The position numbers were made by a program, and so were the translations under genes. DNA of 57,939 bases from Klebsormidium nitens (taxonomy: Eukaryota; Plantae; Klebsormidiophyceae). Positions 36,901-47,759 of the stretch are shown here, piece after piece. The notes beneath the pieces are model-generated. The model ran no database searches, was not told where the DNA came from, and saw only the letters and a program-made list of their open reading frames with translations. The stretch covers positions 1 through 57,939 of the forward strand of contig DF237510.1 of assembly GCA_000708835.1 (NCBI GenBank), read 5' to 3'. The stretch's first letter is position 1. Every line of letters starts with the position of its first letter.

Positions 36901-39900
36901 CGCGAAACAAGCTGAAATTGAATTAACCCAAAGTTCCACTCAGGAGGGCAGTCTGATGTGTTTACGCTCAATCAGATCTGGTGTGAAGACCTATCATGAC
37001 CAATCAAATGATTCAGAAGCTCTTACCGGGGTTTTGGCTAGTGCCGGACGTTCAAGGGGTCTGTTATGAATGGAGCCACGAATTCGCTTGTCGAAGTTGG
37101 ACCAAGCAGAAGTAAACCAAGAAGAAGTAGACGTGATTGCTTCATCTTTATCACGTAAAAAGTATGTCTATCAGTAAGGCATGACAAAGTGGCACCAACG
37201 CATTCTTCAAGCGGCATATCAAGAGTCGTCACGTTGATGAACCCTTTCGTTGCGGTTGGCTAGCCTGCTCCATTACAGTTACACTTTGAGTCAATAAGAA
37301 GGGCAGTCTTGTACAGATGCCGATCTTCAACTCAAATACTTGCATGCAAAATCTTCAAGCAGTCCAGATTCGAGACACCAGGCTCTCTTTTCAATCAGAT
37401 CCCTAACTCCGAAAACACCAAAACCGAACACATTCAAATCCTTGAGCGATCAGCGACCACTTTGAGACTCTTCGCTTAGTCAAAGGATCCAGCGAAGGGC
37501 GCAAGAGTTTATCAAGCAGACTTCAATTCTTTTGTAGCCCCATATACTGGTTCACTGAGCCTGGTAAAAGTTGTGAAACTGTGGCAGTTTTTCCAGTAAG
37601 GGCCCGTAGACGTACCTTTGTCAATCCTGAGCTGGCAGCGTGTGCTTCGCAGAAGAAATTCTCCCCATCGTACTCCTTGACGCCGAAGAGGTCGTTCATC
37701 ATCTTCTGGAGGCACAAGTTGTGAACCGGCTTCTGGCAAACGTGACACATATGGACTGGCCGACCGGTGTTTACCGAGCAGAAGCTCATGACGCAGCGGC
37801 TTTGAGCTGACTCTTCCACTTGTTCGTTCCCCTGCACATGAGGTGGCAAACGAGTTTGTCAAAAGCTTTGCACGATTCCTTACTACTATTGTCCAGGTTA
37901 CGGCAATTGCTTTGCCAGGTAGTTTTGATTTCAAAGCGGGTCCTACTCCGAGTGGTGAAAGTACCGGGTTTAATCTGTTGCTCACTACGTGTTTGCTGCA
38001 ACGAAGAGACATGTCACTCTTCCTGCAAGGCATTAGTAGTACCGCAAGATTTTCTCGATGCCGTACTGAAAGTGTGCTCTGATTCTTAAGACCATATATG
38101 GACCATATATGGATCTGGCTTTTTGCTCGATGAGCCGTTGCAGGTATCAAAAGATGCAATAATGATGAATCAGTAGACACTTTCCAGGGAAGAGGAGCAA
38201 GGTACCAGGAGCCTAATAGCATATGCCAAGATTGTTTGCTTGAGGCCCACGTTTGATCGCACCTGACCAATCGCTCCCTCTTCGCAAGAAGCCACCTGCA
38301 TTCCCTCAGTCCGGTTGGACGCGGCTGAATCTCTGGATTTTGATGACTGATGTCGGACGCCTTCGTCTCCCATGTCGTTCTGCAATAAGAAAGAGTCTTG
38401 ATATGATGTCCAAGGAACTGCAACTTGAAGTAACTGTACATCTAAGAGGACTTCCAAGTGAATGGTTGTTTTGACTCCGGAGCCTGGCTTGTCGAGTCTG
38501 CAAAGATTTGGACGGTATGCTACAAGCAATACGATACCAAGAACTCTAAGGACCATGCTTCTAGAAAGATGAAAGAACGCGAAACTGCTCATTGAAGCAT
38601 TGCGGTACCTATTATAGATTACAAACCCGATTATGGAGATTTGGATGGACGAGACCGTACTTGATTTTGGGGCTGGGTGAACCTTGCAGTTGAGCCCTCG
38701 TCTGCTGGCTTGGTCTGGCCGCCGCTTGCTTGGGTTGTGGACATGTCCTCATCCGCTCTTCTGCTGCCATTTGCCTACAGAAAAGGGCACTCACTTACAA
38801 TCAAAGGTGTGCAAATGATTGACCTGGGAAGTGCAACATCAATCAGCTCAGCTCAAAATCAGACACAAGAAGGTTGAGCAATGCCTCAGCAGCCTGAGTT
38901 ATACCGCAAGCTCCACATCATCCAGTACTTGCATGAACGTCTGTCACGTGACCAATTGCCTCTTAGTACTGACAGGTGACCAGTCATGCTCAAACTTCAC
39001 CGTACCTGCTTCTTTGAAGCTTTATACTTGGTAGCCTTCTTTGCCTGCTGTGCGGCGTATCGTTCAGGATGCAGTTTGACCTTCTTGAGCTGTTCCACAA
39101 TCTGTGAAAAGGTTCTGTTGAAAGACTCTGCAAACAAAAGCGTATTTTATAACATCAGCAAGCTTACTCAAAGTATCTCCGGATAAATACGCCAGAGTGT
39201 TTCCTTTGGTGCTGAATTCTTGAAAAGATCTTGACTTCTTCTTTGACCTGTTTGCTGGTTGAAATGCACGCCAAGCTGCATCCAAACTTTTGTGTACCGA
39301 CCGCAGCTTTTAGATTCAGCCTCACCAATGAGCTGTTTCAAAGTTCTAACCTAGTTCAATCTATTTCATATCACGAGCAGACCAGAAGCTGTTCAATTGA
39401 TCTTAGCATTCTGTCATGTTACCTGCTGGGTGCATTTTCAGCAGAAACAAGGTCATGTTCGAGCAGATTTTCATTTGGTAGATGGCTAGATTCTGCTGAA
39501 TCAACTCCTAGCCAGTGCTCAACAACAATTTTGTCAGGTAGCTAAATGGTCAGAAGCTTTGAAAAGTCAGAACATAACAGCATTCATCCAGAGCAGTCTC
39601 ACCTGCAGGCCACTTGTAGGATCTGTCACCCTTGACCAAAAGCACCCCACCATCAGTATCGTCCATAGTTTCTTTGAAAAGTGACTCTCTCCATTCGACA
39701 TCTTCTCTCCTCACTTTGAAGTTCATCCCTTTCAGCCTCTCATTTGTCAATCCATCTAGCGCATTTTCAATCCTGTCCTTTAGATCCTTGTACCATCTTC
39801 GCAGTGTGCGCACGGCAGGTTTTCCAATGATCTCCTCGTAGGCTCCACTGTGCACCATGTGAGAAAAGAGATCATCAGCCTGTATAACTCCACCAGCAGA

Positions 39901-40305
39901 AACCTTGTCATCCTTGCGTTGCTTCGAGTCTTCCTTGGCTGCCGGTTGTGCATTGACATCTTGTACTGTGGACTCCTCAACCTGTCCTTTCCCAACTGGT
40001 TCTCGAGATGCGCTACATGACTTCTCCTTTGATGATGCTCCAGCACCTTGCTCAGTGCTTTCCTGCCATTCAGCTTTCATCTGCTTCAAAATGGCAGAGT
40101 GACCAAGCTTAATTTTCACACCCGTTTCCAGCTCAACGATAGAATCAATTGCTTCATCTTTCAATGCCATGAATGCTTTGCCGGTCACGCAGCCATCGAC
40201 CAGGTACGTGCTGTATTTGGATGTCCCTAACGCTTCAGCAATGACACCAGCCAATTCCTCTTCTGTTAATCTGGTCACATTTTCAAGCACGGAGTTGGCA
40301 GCCAT
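33987..40305 (-). CDS. Transposon-borne multi-exon gene D: N-terminal SAM-like domain, PHD-like Zn finger, long K/E/S-rich region, small C-terminal globular domain
   Basis: Exons: 40305-~39604 (LTEEELAGVIAEALGTSKYSTYLVDGCVTGKAFMAL...KLGHSAILKQMK, SAM-like), 39127-39006, 38774-38661, 38379-38263, 37831-37616 (CVMSFC...HMCHVCQKPVHNLC...FFCEAH), 36444-35440, possibly 34567-34472, and 34193-33987 (stop). From 38774 downward all junctions are phase 0 with GT-AG. Connectivity between 39.1 and 39.6 kb is not resolved, so this could be two genes. Confidence 0.55.
34480..35070 (-). repeat. Degenerate 4-copy repeat (143/212/145-bp spacing) in a gene D intron, echoing the 34567 acceptor region
   Basis: TCTC(T/C)CGGTGCGCGCG-like blocks at 34525, 34668, 34880, 35025 with GGAACGGAACCGGAACGGAA tracts. 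CCAGACTTCAAG occurs at 34493 and 34848. Confidence 0.85.
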
Positions 40306-41454
40306 AGTTGCCAAGAATTGGTCACGCCACTCTCAACTCGTCTGCATTTGAGCGAACCAAGCAGTTGCCAGATCTAGACGTCAAGGCTGGACCGTATGGT
40401 TATGGCGATTGGCGCGCTGTGTGCCTCTACCTCCTCAGCTATTTTGCAGCTCCATTTTTGCATCTATCAAAGCTGAGCTGATTCCATGCCAGAGCTGATC
40501 AACCAGCTCCACTGGCCGGGTACTGATTACTGCTCATACTCAGAGTGGTTCCCAGCAGATGATTAGGCCCGGAGTTTCCGGCCAGAGGTGCCCCTATCTT
40601 ATCGACGGTTCGAAAAGGCAGTGAGAGGCAAATCGACGGACATCATACCAGGATTTCTGTGCGCGATCTCTAAAGTCCTGCAGACCCTAAATTCAAGATA
40701 GCAATTTGAGAGGGACAGGCTCCAAGGGGCAGAACTTCACCGAGACTTCACGTTTCAAAAGCACTTCGATCTGAAAGCTCGAAGTTGTCCAGCTAGGGCA
40801 CTGCCAGTGGTTAGATCAAGGCAGCAGCAGGCGGCCAGACTCTGATCTGAAGCTTAAAGAACTCTCGAAGTTATGGAGATCGATCTCTGTACCCAGCTTG
40901 CAGAAAGGAGCTGGAGAGTATTCGTTTGTGTTATATGGTATGTTCCAGCCTGAGGGAGGTGGTGCAAAACAAAGGAGCCTATGGTTTCAAGCTTTTGGTG
41001 CACTCGGTCTGCTGCCTGTAAACGAATGCACAACAACCTCAGGACGTAAGCGCCTTTGAACATGCAGACAAGTTTGACAAGATTAAGAGACGTTGGAAGA
41101 GACCAAGCTTCAGTCCAGGTTGTGACTTCAAATTTGTGCAATTTGCTGCAAGTTGAAGAGCACTGAGGGAGGGTGACTCGAGGAAGGTAAGTTGAATTGA
41201 CATCTTTTTTGACATTCATGTTTTTAACTGGATGTATGATGCCGTTTTTAGGTGCATTTCTAAGCTGGAAGTGCTGGCCAGGCAAAGTCTATGCAAAGGG
41301 TACTGTACATATGCATGGTATGCTCTGCTTAAAAGTCAGTGCTGTGTTGTGCAACGTCAATTGGATCCATCATCAGCATGACCACCTTAAATGAGACTAA
41401 GCTTCTGTGCTTTAAGACTGTAATATTGCCTCTTTCTTTGAACTTCTCAACCTT

Positions 41455-44400
41455 GTGGCCCCATGCATCTGCGACAACATTATTGCTTACGCATGGTCTC
41501 CTCCATCATGCAGCGTATCCAGACAGCCTCCTGTCAATGAGAACGGCCTTGAGCTTTGCACCTGCGTCTTTCAAGGCTGTGGCAAGAAGGACGGCCGGTT
41601 TATCCCGAGAACAACACGCTTGCATCAAGAGAAGAAAGACAGGGAAGTAATAGAGGCAGCAGAAGTAGTTCGCATCCCAGATGGCAACGGCGTTGAGATC
41701 AGAGAAGCAAACAATCAGCAACAGAATGCTGATCAGGCTCAGCCGGCCGGAGGTGCTGGTGGAAACGCTGTTTGGCAAGGGCTTGCAAACCTCCTGGACA
41801 TTGATGACAATGAGGCGCCAGACTTGAATCCAACAGAAGCTGAGGAAGCAGATTCAATGGAGGATTCGCTGCTCTCAGGAACAGGAGGGAGGTTTCTTGA
41901 CAAAGTTCTGGACTTAGTGAAAAAGGGCGACGAGGCTGGCTTTAGCAATGCCGACCTCGACTGGATCTTGAAGTGGGGTTTTGGTCAGAAGGACTCAATT
42001 GCAGAGGCACTGGATCCGGACTGGCGCGCCACAATGAAGGAGCTCAACGTTATGGATTCGCACGACCAGGTTAGCTTACATTTGTGCTTCGTAATTTCAT
42101 TGTCACCTTCTTCGTTTGACTTTAGATTCTGAAAGGTACTTCTGAGGCTTAAAATTATAGTCTGCATGAGTCCAGGTATATAGCTTAGCTGAGTCTTTTG
42201 TCCCTGCTCAATCTTTGGAAAGAGTCATTGGCTCCAATTCACCTTTTAGTGCAAACAACTTGGTTGATTGCTTGAAGAACAGACTTTGCATGAAGCTAAG
42301 GGGCTTGGAATCATAATATTAATCTGCATGAGTCCAGGTATACAGGTCAGCTGAGTGCTTTGTTTCTTCTCAATCTTTGGAAAGAGTCATTGGCAAAACT
42401 TGTCTTGGGTTCACCTTTTAGCTTAAAATGTTTTAAACAAGATGTCTGGCTGATTGTTTGAATAGCAGACTTTGCAGTGAAGCAAGCGATTCACATTTTG
42501 TATGCAAAACCATTTCACTTCGGATCGTCATCGTTGGTTACAGTTAATCACTTCAAGCTCCGTCCCCCTTTTGCCAACAGGTGCAAAGTTTCCTCATGCG
42601 CGTGTCGCGCCTGCTCGGTGAGCCTCAGATGTGGCGGTTTCACGAAGGAGCCAACGGCAGCTGGCACCTTTTCAGACCGAGCGCGGAAGACGGAAACCTG
42701 CCCTGCCCCCACTGCCCCGAAGGGCCCAGCCGGCCAAAGTGGCGCGACTGCTCCGCGCATCAGGAGCGGAGCGAATGCGGCTTCCTCCGGCGGGACGCGC
42801 TAGAGCTGCCCTACATCGGGCTGGAGCCGTACGTGCGGGCGAAGCTGACAACCGAAGCCGGCTGCCAGGACATGCTCGGGGCTTGGCGAGAAAGAGACAG
42901 GTGGCTGAATCAGCCCCCCGACAGTGTCCCGGAGCCGCAGCTGGAATACTGGGACGGGAAGCGCTTCAGGGAGCGGTCTAGTTTCCTCGACCCCAACGGC
43001 ACGTGGCTGCTCCCCCTCGCTTGCGCAAACTGCTGCCGTCCGCGCCCCGTGTACTGCTCTGAAAACCTAGAGCTTCCCTCCTACGTTCGTCCAACTCAAG
43101 CCATGTGGAATGCAACCACCGGAAGTTTTGAGACGGAGTGCCCCCTGTGCCGGCAGCCAATAAGCGCGAAGAGGGAGGAGCTGGAAATCTCGGGGGACCC
43201 AAGAAACGTGATCTTTGGTTGCCACGTAGATGGCTTTCCTTCCTCGCGCACGACAAACAAGAGCAGCTGCATCCTAGACGCAACCCCCCTGGTCGTCTCA
43301 AAACGGTTGCGCTACCGGGCCTGCGAAGGGTGGCTCTGGCCCCTTTGTTTTCCCCCGGAAGAGAAACTGAAAAGCGGGCCGGAAGCGTACGACCCGTTCA
43401 TCCTCCTTCTGGTCCTAGATTCGGTTCGGCTTTTTGTAGAGGGGATCTTGGTAAACTACGCCCTAGATCCTGCAAAAGTGAGCCCCGACGTTCCCCCCCG
43501 ACACGGACAGCCTGTGCGCATCCGGATGATAATGTCCTGCTTCTTCGCCGATCTGCCAGCCCTTGCTGACGTGGCGAAATTCAAAAGGGGGGGGTGGCAC
43601 GTGTCGCGGCGGTGTCCGCAGCTGGCTGTCCGAAACGGAGATCGGTTGGTGTACGCGAATGGGCGGCGGCTTGTGCGTGATGGCTGCGGAAGCAAGAAGA
43701 TGAAGGACGTGGTCGCGGCGATGCTGGAGCACCTGGGGGCAAGAACCAAAGCGGAGCGCGACGAGATCGGCGCGAGAACCGGGGTTGTTGGGTTCAGCAT
43801 GCTGGCCATTCTGGGGGGCGTGTACAGCTTGGACCTGGTGCTGGACATGTGCGGGGACTGGCTGCACAAGGGCTCGGAGAACCAGGTGAAGCACCACGTA
43901 AGAGACACCCTGCTTCCGGTCACCAGAAAGGAAGGCGGCCTCCTGGTGCAAGAAGCCCCCCCCCGGATCAACATCAAGGATTTCGGAAAGCGGCTGCAGG
44001 CGATAAAGCCGACGCGCAAGCTTGCAGACGGCCGGTGGGTCAAGGACCCGGAAGAGCGCCCCCTCGGGTTCTGGAAAGCGGAGGAGCACGAGAAGGTCGC
44101 GCTCTACTGCCTGCCGACTGCGTACGCGGGGCTCATTGACGAGGAAGGGTATGCCATTACCCAGCTCGTCGCGTGCATTCAGCAAGCAGTATTCATTGTC
44201 GGATCGCGGGAAGGCTGGACGCCGCAAAAGCGAGCGGTGTTTGACCAGCTGTGCAGAGCCAAGTTTGCGCGCGCCGAGGAGTACTTCGGCTCCAAGCTCC
44301 GCCCCCTGGAGCACGAGACCTGCCTTCACACCCTTTCTGATATCCTGAACCACGGGCCTCCGGACAGCCTGTGGTGCTATCTGTGCGAAAGGCACATCCG

Positions 44401-46328
44401 CAAGCTCATCAACACCCCGAGCAACGGAAAGGAATACGAAAAGACGTTGTTCAAGCGGGCATTGAGTGCTTTGGTTGGCGGATGGCTGCAACAGCGGAGA
44501 AAGGAAGCGGCGCTGTGGCGGACGCGGCAGTTCGCGGGAGATGAGCTGTGGGCCGAGGCAAGGGAGGGGTTTGAGGGCGGGATTCTGTTCGCCTCTTCTC
44601 AGAAAAGGGCCGTCGCGTTTGTCGAGGGCCTTGAAAGGTGGCCCCCAAGCAACCGGCAGCCGTCGGACGTCGACCTGCTCAACAGCGTCCAAGCAAACGG
44701 GGTCGCCGTTGGGAGTGTGCCACGAACCTGGGGTTTCCGTACGTTCAAGACCCTCAAATCCCCCCAGCGAATCGGCGTAGAGAGGTGCCTAGCCCGCGCA
44801 CCAAACGCAGCCGCAAGGGGCCTCCAGCTGGATCCGAAGACCGTAGTGAACCTGAAGAGCCTGCAAAGCGGGGAGCATAACTTTGCCCCAAAGGACTTCG
44901 TGGTCGTGCGGGGGGGTGCGCCGGGCGGGGAAGCGGCGGACGAGCAGTTCGGACGGCTGGAGAGCATCTTCTGTGTCGCGAATAGGCGAGGCGCGAGGCA
45001 CGTGTTTCTGGATGTGAGATTCTTCCCGGTTCAGATGGAAGGAGGCGAGCCAGCGGGGGGGCAGTGGCACAATTGCCTCTTGCTCGGCACTTTGAAATCT
45101 CTGGCGGCAGACCGCGTGCGCCCGGCAAGCAGCCTGCTGCGCCACTTCATTCCGTTCGCCGAGCCAGGCGAGACCGTGTTCACGAGCGCCGCGAACCACG
45201 TCATCGAGGTCTGCCCCACCGGCTTCGGTTTTGCAGCGCACGACGTATGGGTCCCGGTCTTTCCCAGGGTAAGTTCGGCCGGCCTTGAATCTATTTTAAC
45301 TGCCCGCATCGACGGAGTCGAAAATCTTCTCAAGGGTTGCCAGAACTGGAAGTAGAATAAGCAGCAAAGCGGTCGAACCAACGCGCAGACTCCTTGCTTT
45401 GTTTGCTTCACGAGTTGAGCTTGTAACGTTCGAAATCCGCAAACAGCCAGTCGGTGCGCGCGCACGTCGATTATGTTGACCCAGATCTCAGTCAACCAGC
45501 GCTTCAAACTGCAATGAGTCATTGCGCTTCAAGCCTCGTCTGTGATGAAGCCTCAAAATCCATTAACAAAAGGTTATAGCGCACTCAGTTCTACGCTCTG
45601 CAGCTGGATAGATTTGCCACGTCAGCGGGTAAGGCGCCGGGTTAGAGCGCGGTTAAGTATTGGTCAAGGCCGCGCTCGCCTCGACCCCTGATTCTACTGC
45701 GGTCTGCAGTTTTTAAACTCCCTTCCCTCCACGGACGCTCTATTACAGCACGCGAAGAGAAACGATTGGCGCGCTCAAGTTTTGACTCTCCTCTCTTCAA
45801 CAGGTTGGCGACGTCGTCCGGCTGCCGGTGGTGGAGCCTCCGGACGTCGTCCCGGAAGGGGTAGCGGGCAAGTGGGGCTACGGAGTGCCCGTTTCTGTAC
45901 TCAAGTCGGTGCGGCCGGGGCAGTCGGTGGCGTACGCTCTCGTCCGGCAAGTGAACGAGGACGGCAAGCTGGTGGACGTGCAATGGTTGAAGCGGGCTCC
46001 GGGCGAGAGGGCGCTTCCGGACGGCAGCAAAGCCGGCGTCTGGGGTTTGTGGCCGGTTAGCATGCGAAGAAACCGGAACGGCACTCTGGTCGAGGAGGTG
46101 GAGGGAGACTCTGCGAGCGACTCGGAAGAAGACGGGGAAAGAGGTCGGCGTCAAAGGGGCGGGGCAGCAAGGCCGCAAGGGGGGTTCGCCTTGAAGCGCG
46201 CGCCTTGGAACGCTCTCCTCGACCGTGTCGAGGGCGTTGTCAAAGCGGAGAGAGATGCAAACGGACGTGCTTTGGACGGAGGGCCACTTTTCAGTTTCAA
46301 AGAGCTCCCCCCGGTGCGGCGCAGATGA
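41455..46328 (+). CDS. CMC-EnSpm/CACTA-type DDE transposase (Tnp2/Transposase_21-like with DUF4218-like region), about 1250 aa, at least 3 exons, start codon unresolved
   Basis: Exons <=41514-42069, 42581-45268 (896 codons without a stop), 45804-46328, phase 0. Motifs: YWDG, RNVIFGCHVDGF (D1), FFADLPA (D2), SRRC (C2C position), GDWLHK, WKAEE, HETCLH (H-x4-H), HGP..LWCYLCERH (E). Confidence 0.88.
42150..42480 (+). repeat. ~162-bp tandem duplication inside transposase intron 1
   Basis: TCTGCATGAGTCCAGGTATA at 42161 and 42323; CTCAATCTTTGGAAAGAGTCATTGGC at 42207 and 42369. Confidence 0.9.
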
Positions 46329-47722
46329 GCGGGGCTTAGAATAGTAAGGGTAGAAAGGTGGGGCCCTAAAAACGGAAGCACGGAGAGCGTGTCACTTGCA
46401 TACAGAACCAGATTGATGTGGAATTGAGAAAGTGCATTGAGTACGGGCAGACAATCACCCGCTCATCTTTTCGTTTCTGGTGGATGGTTTGGACGGAACG
46501 GAATCCGAACGGCAGCAGAGTGGCTGGGAAAGCGGAAATTGGCGCCCGGTGGGGGCAGTCGGGCAGGTCACTGGTGGAAGCAAGGGTTCGGACAGCTCTC
46601 GAGCAGAGATTGGCACCTGGTAAGAGCAGCCGGGCACGCCCAGAGTGGAGTCGGGGTCGGCAAGGGGCGTCGGGCAGCCCCAAAACGGATCGGAGGCATC
46701 GAGGAGGGGACTTCGAAGAACTTTCCCCGGGTGCGGCGCATGATCAGGGGTATATCAGGTGCGTTCGACATTCGATCTCTATACTCTGTTAGATCAAGCG
46801 CAGTCATGATATGGCAAAGCTATCAAACTGCTTTTGCTTTGAGGTAGCAGATAAGGCGCACGCGCGAGTTCCCGGGCGATCCTGCTTTCTTCGCCCTTCT
46901 TCATGTGCTCAAGAGTTTCGCTTTGAACCTACTCGGAAAGCCTGGCAATCGTACGTTGCAAAGCTGGAAGATAAATCTCTTCAAGTTCGTGTTTCTTTTA
47001 AAGTTCCAGCTTGTCCCCGGATGATGGCGAACTTTCGGATGGTCCCTCGAAATTCTAATGGACAGACAATGTTTTGGTAGAGGGCTATCAATTGTGAAGT
47101 GCCGCCCGACGAGTGCCCATTTCAAAAAGAAAGCGAAGAATGTTTTCTTGCGGCTTGAGGTCAGGCGAATCCGTAATTTCATATGAACGGAGCTCCGTTG
47201 AGCTGGTCAAACGCTCTAACGGAGCGCGAACTAGCATGGCGGGAGAAAAATTCAAGGTTAAGGATTAACCCGAATCTCAGTTAGCTGACCAAATTTGCAG
47301 AACCCAGCAGGAAAAGGTACTTTGTGATCAGCTTAGCAAGGCGCATCCGAATCAGACCTAAAAGCTTATAGCACATGTACTTTCCGTAACCTGCGGAAGC
47401 TCAAGACCGCCACGTGTCCGGGTTAGGCCGGGTTATCGCGCGAAAATGCAATTCGATCGAAAATACCGTTTCAGCGCAGAGTTTAGAATAGACGTCTTGC
47501 CTGCTGATTTGCTTGCGCAGACTCGACGAGATTGCTGATGCGCCTGTTGTATGTTGCACGTTTCTTTCAACTTTTAACCAACTTCCGTGAACTTTCACTT
47601 AACTCTTCTAACCTACGCGTAGATTCTTAATGACTGGCGCCGCTCGAAGGCCCTCGAGGGGGATCCGATCCAATTCAAAGGAAGTTTTGCTGTTTCGGGT
47701 TTGCCGGTTGTTTCACTTTTCG

Positions 47723-47759
47723 ACCTTCCGTAACCTTCCGTAACCTTCCGTAACCTCCG
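47723..47759. repeat. Tandem decamer (ACCTTCCGTA)x3 + partial
   Basis: Read directly from the sequence. Confidence 0.85.

Noticed and set aside
42631-45288. Long overlapping alternative-frame and antisense ORFs (e.g. 43463-44692, 409 aa)
   Set aside because: These are shadow ORFs of the GC-rich transposase exon.
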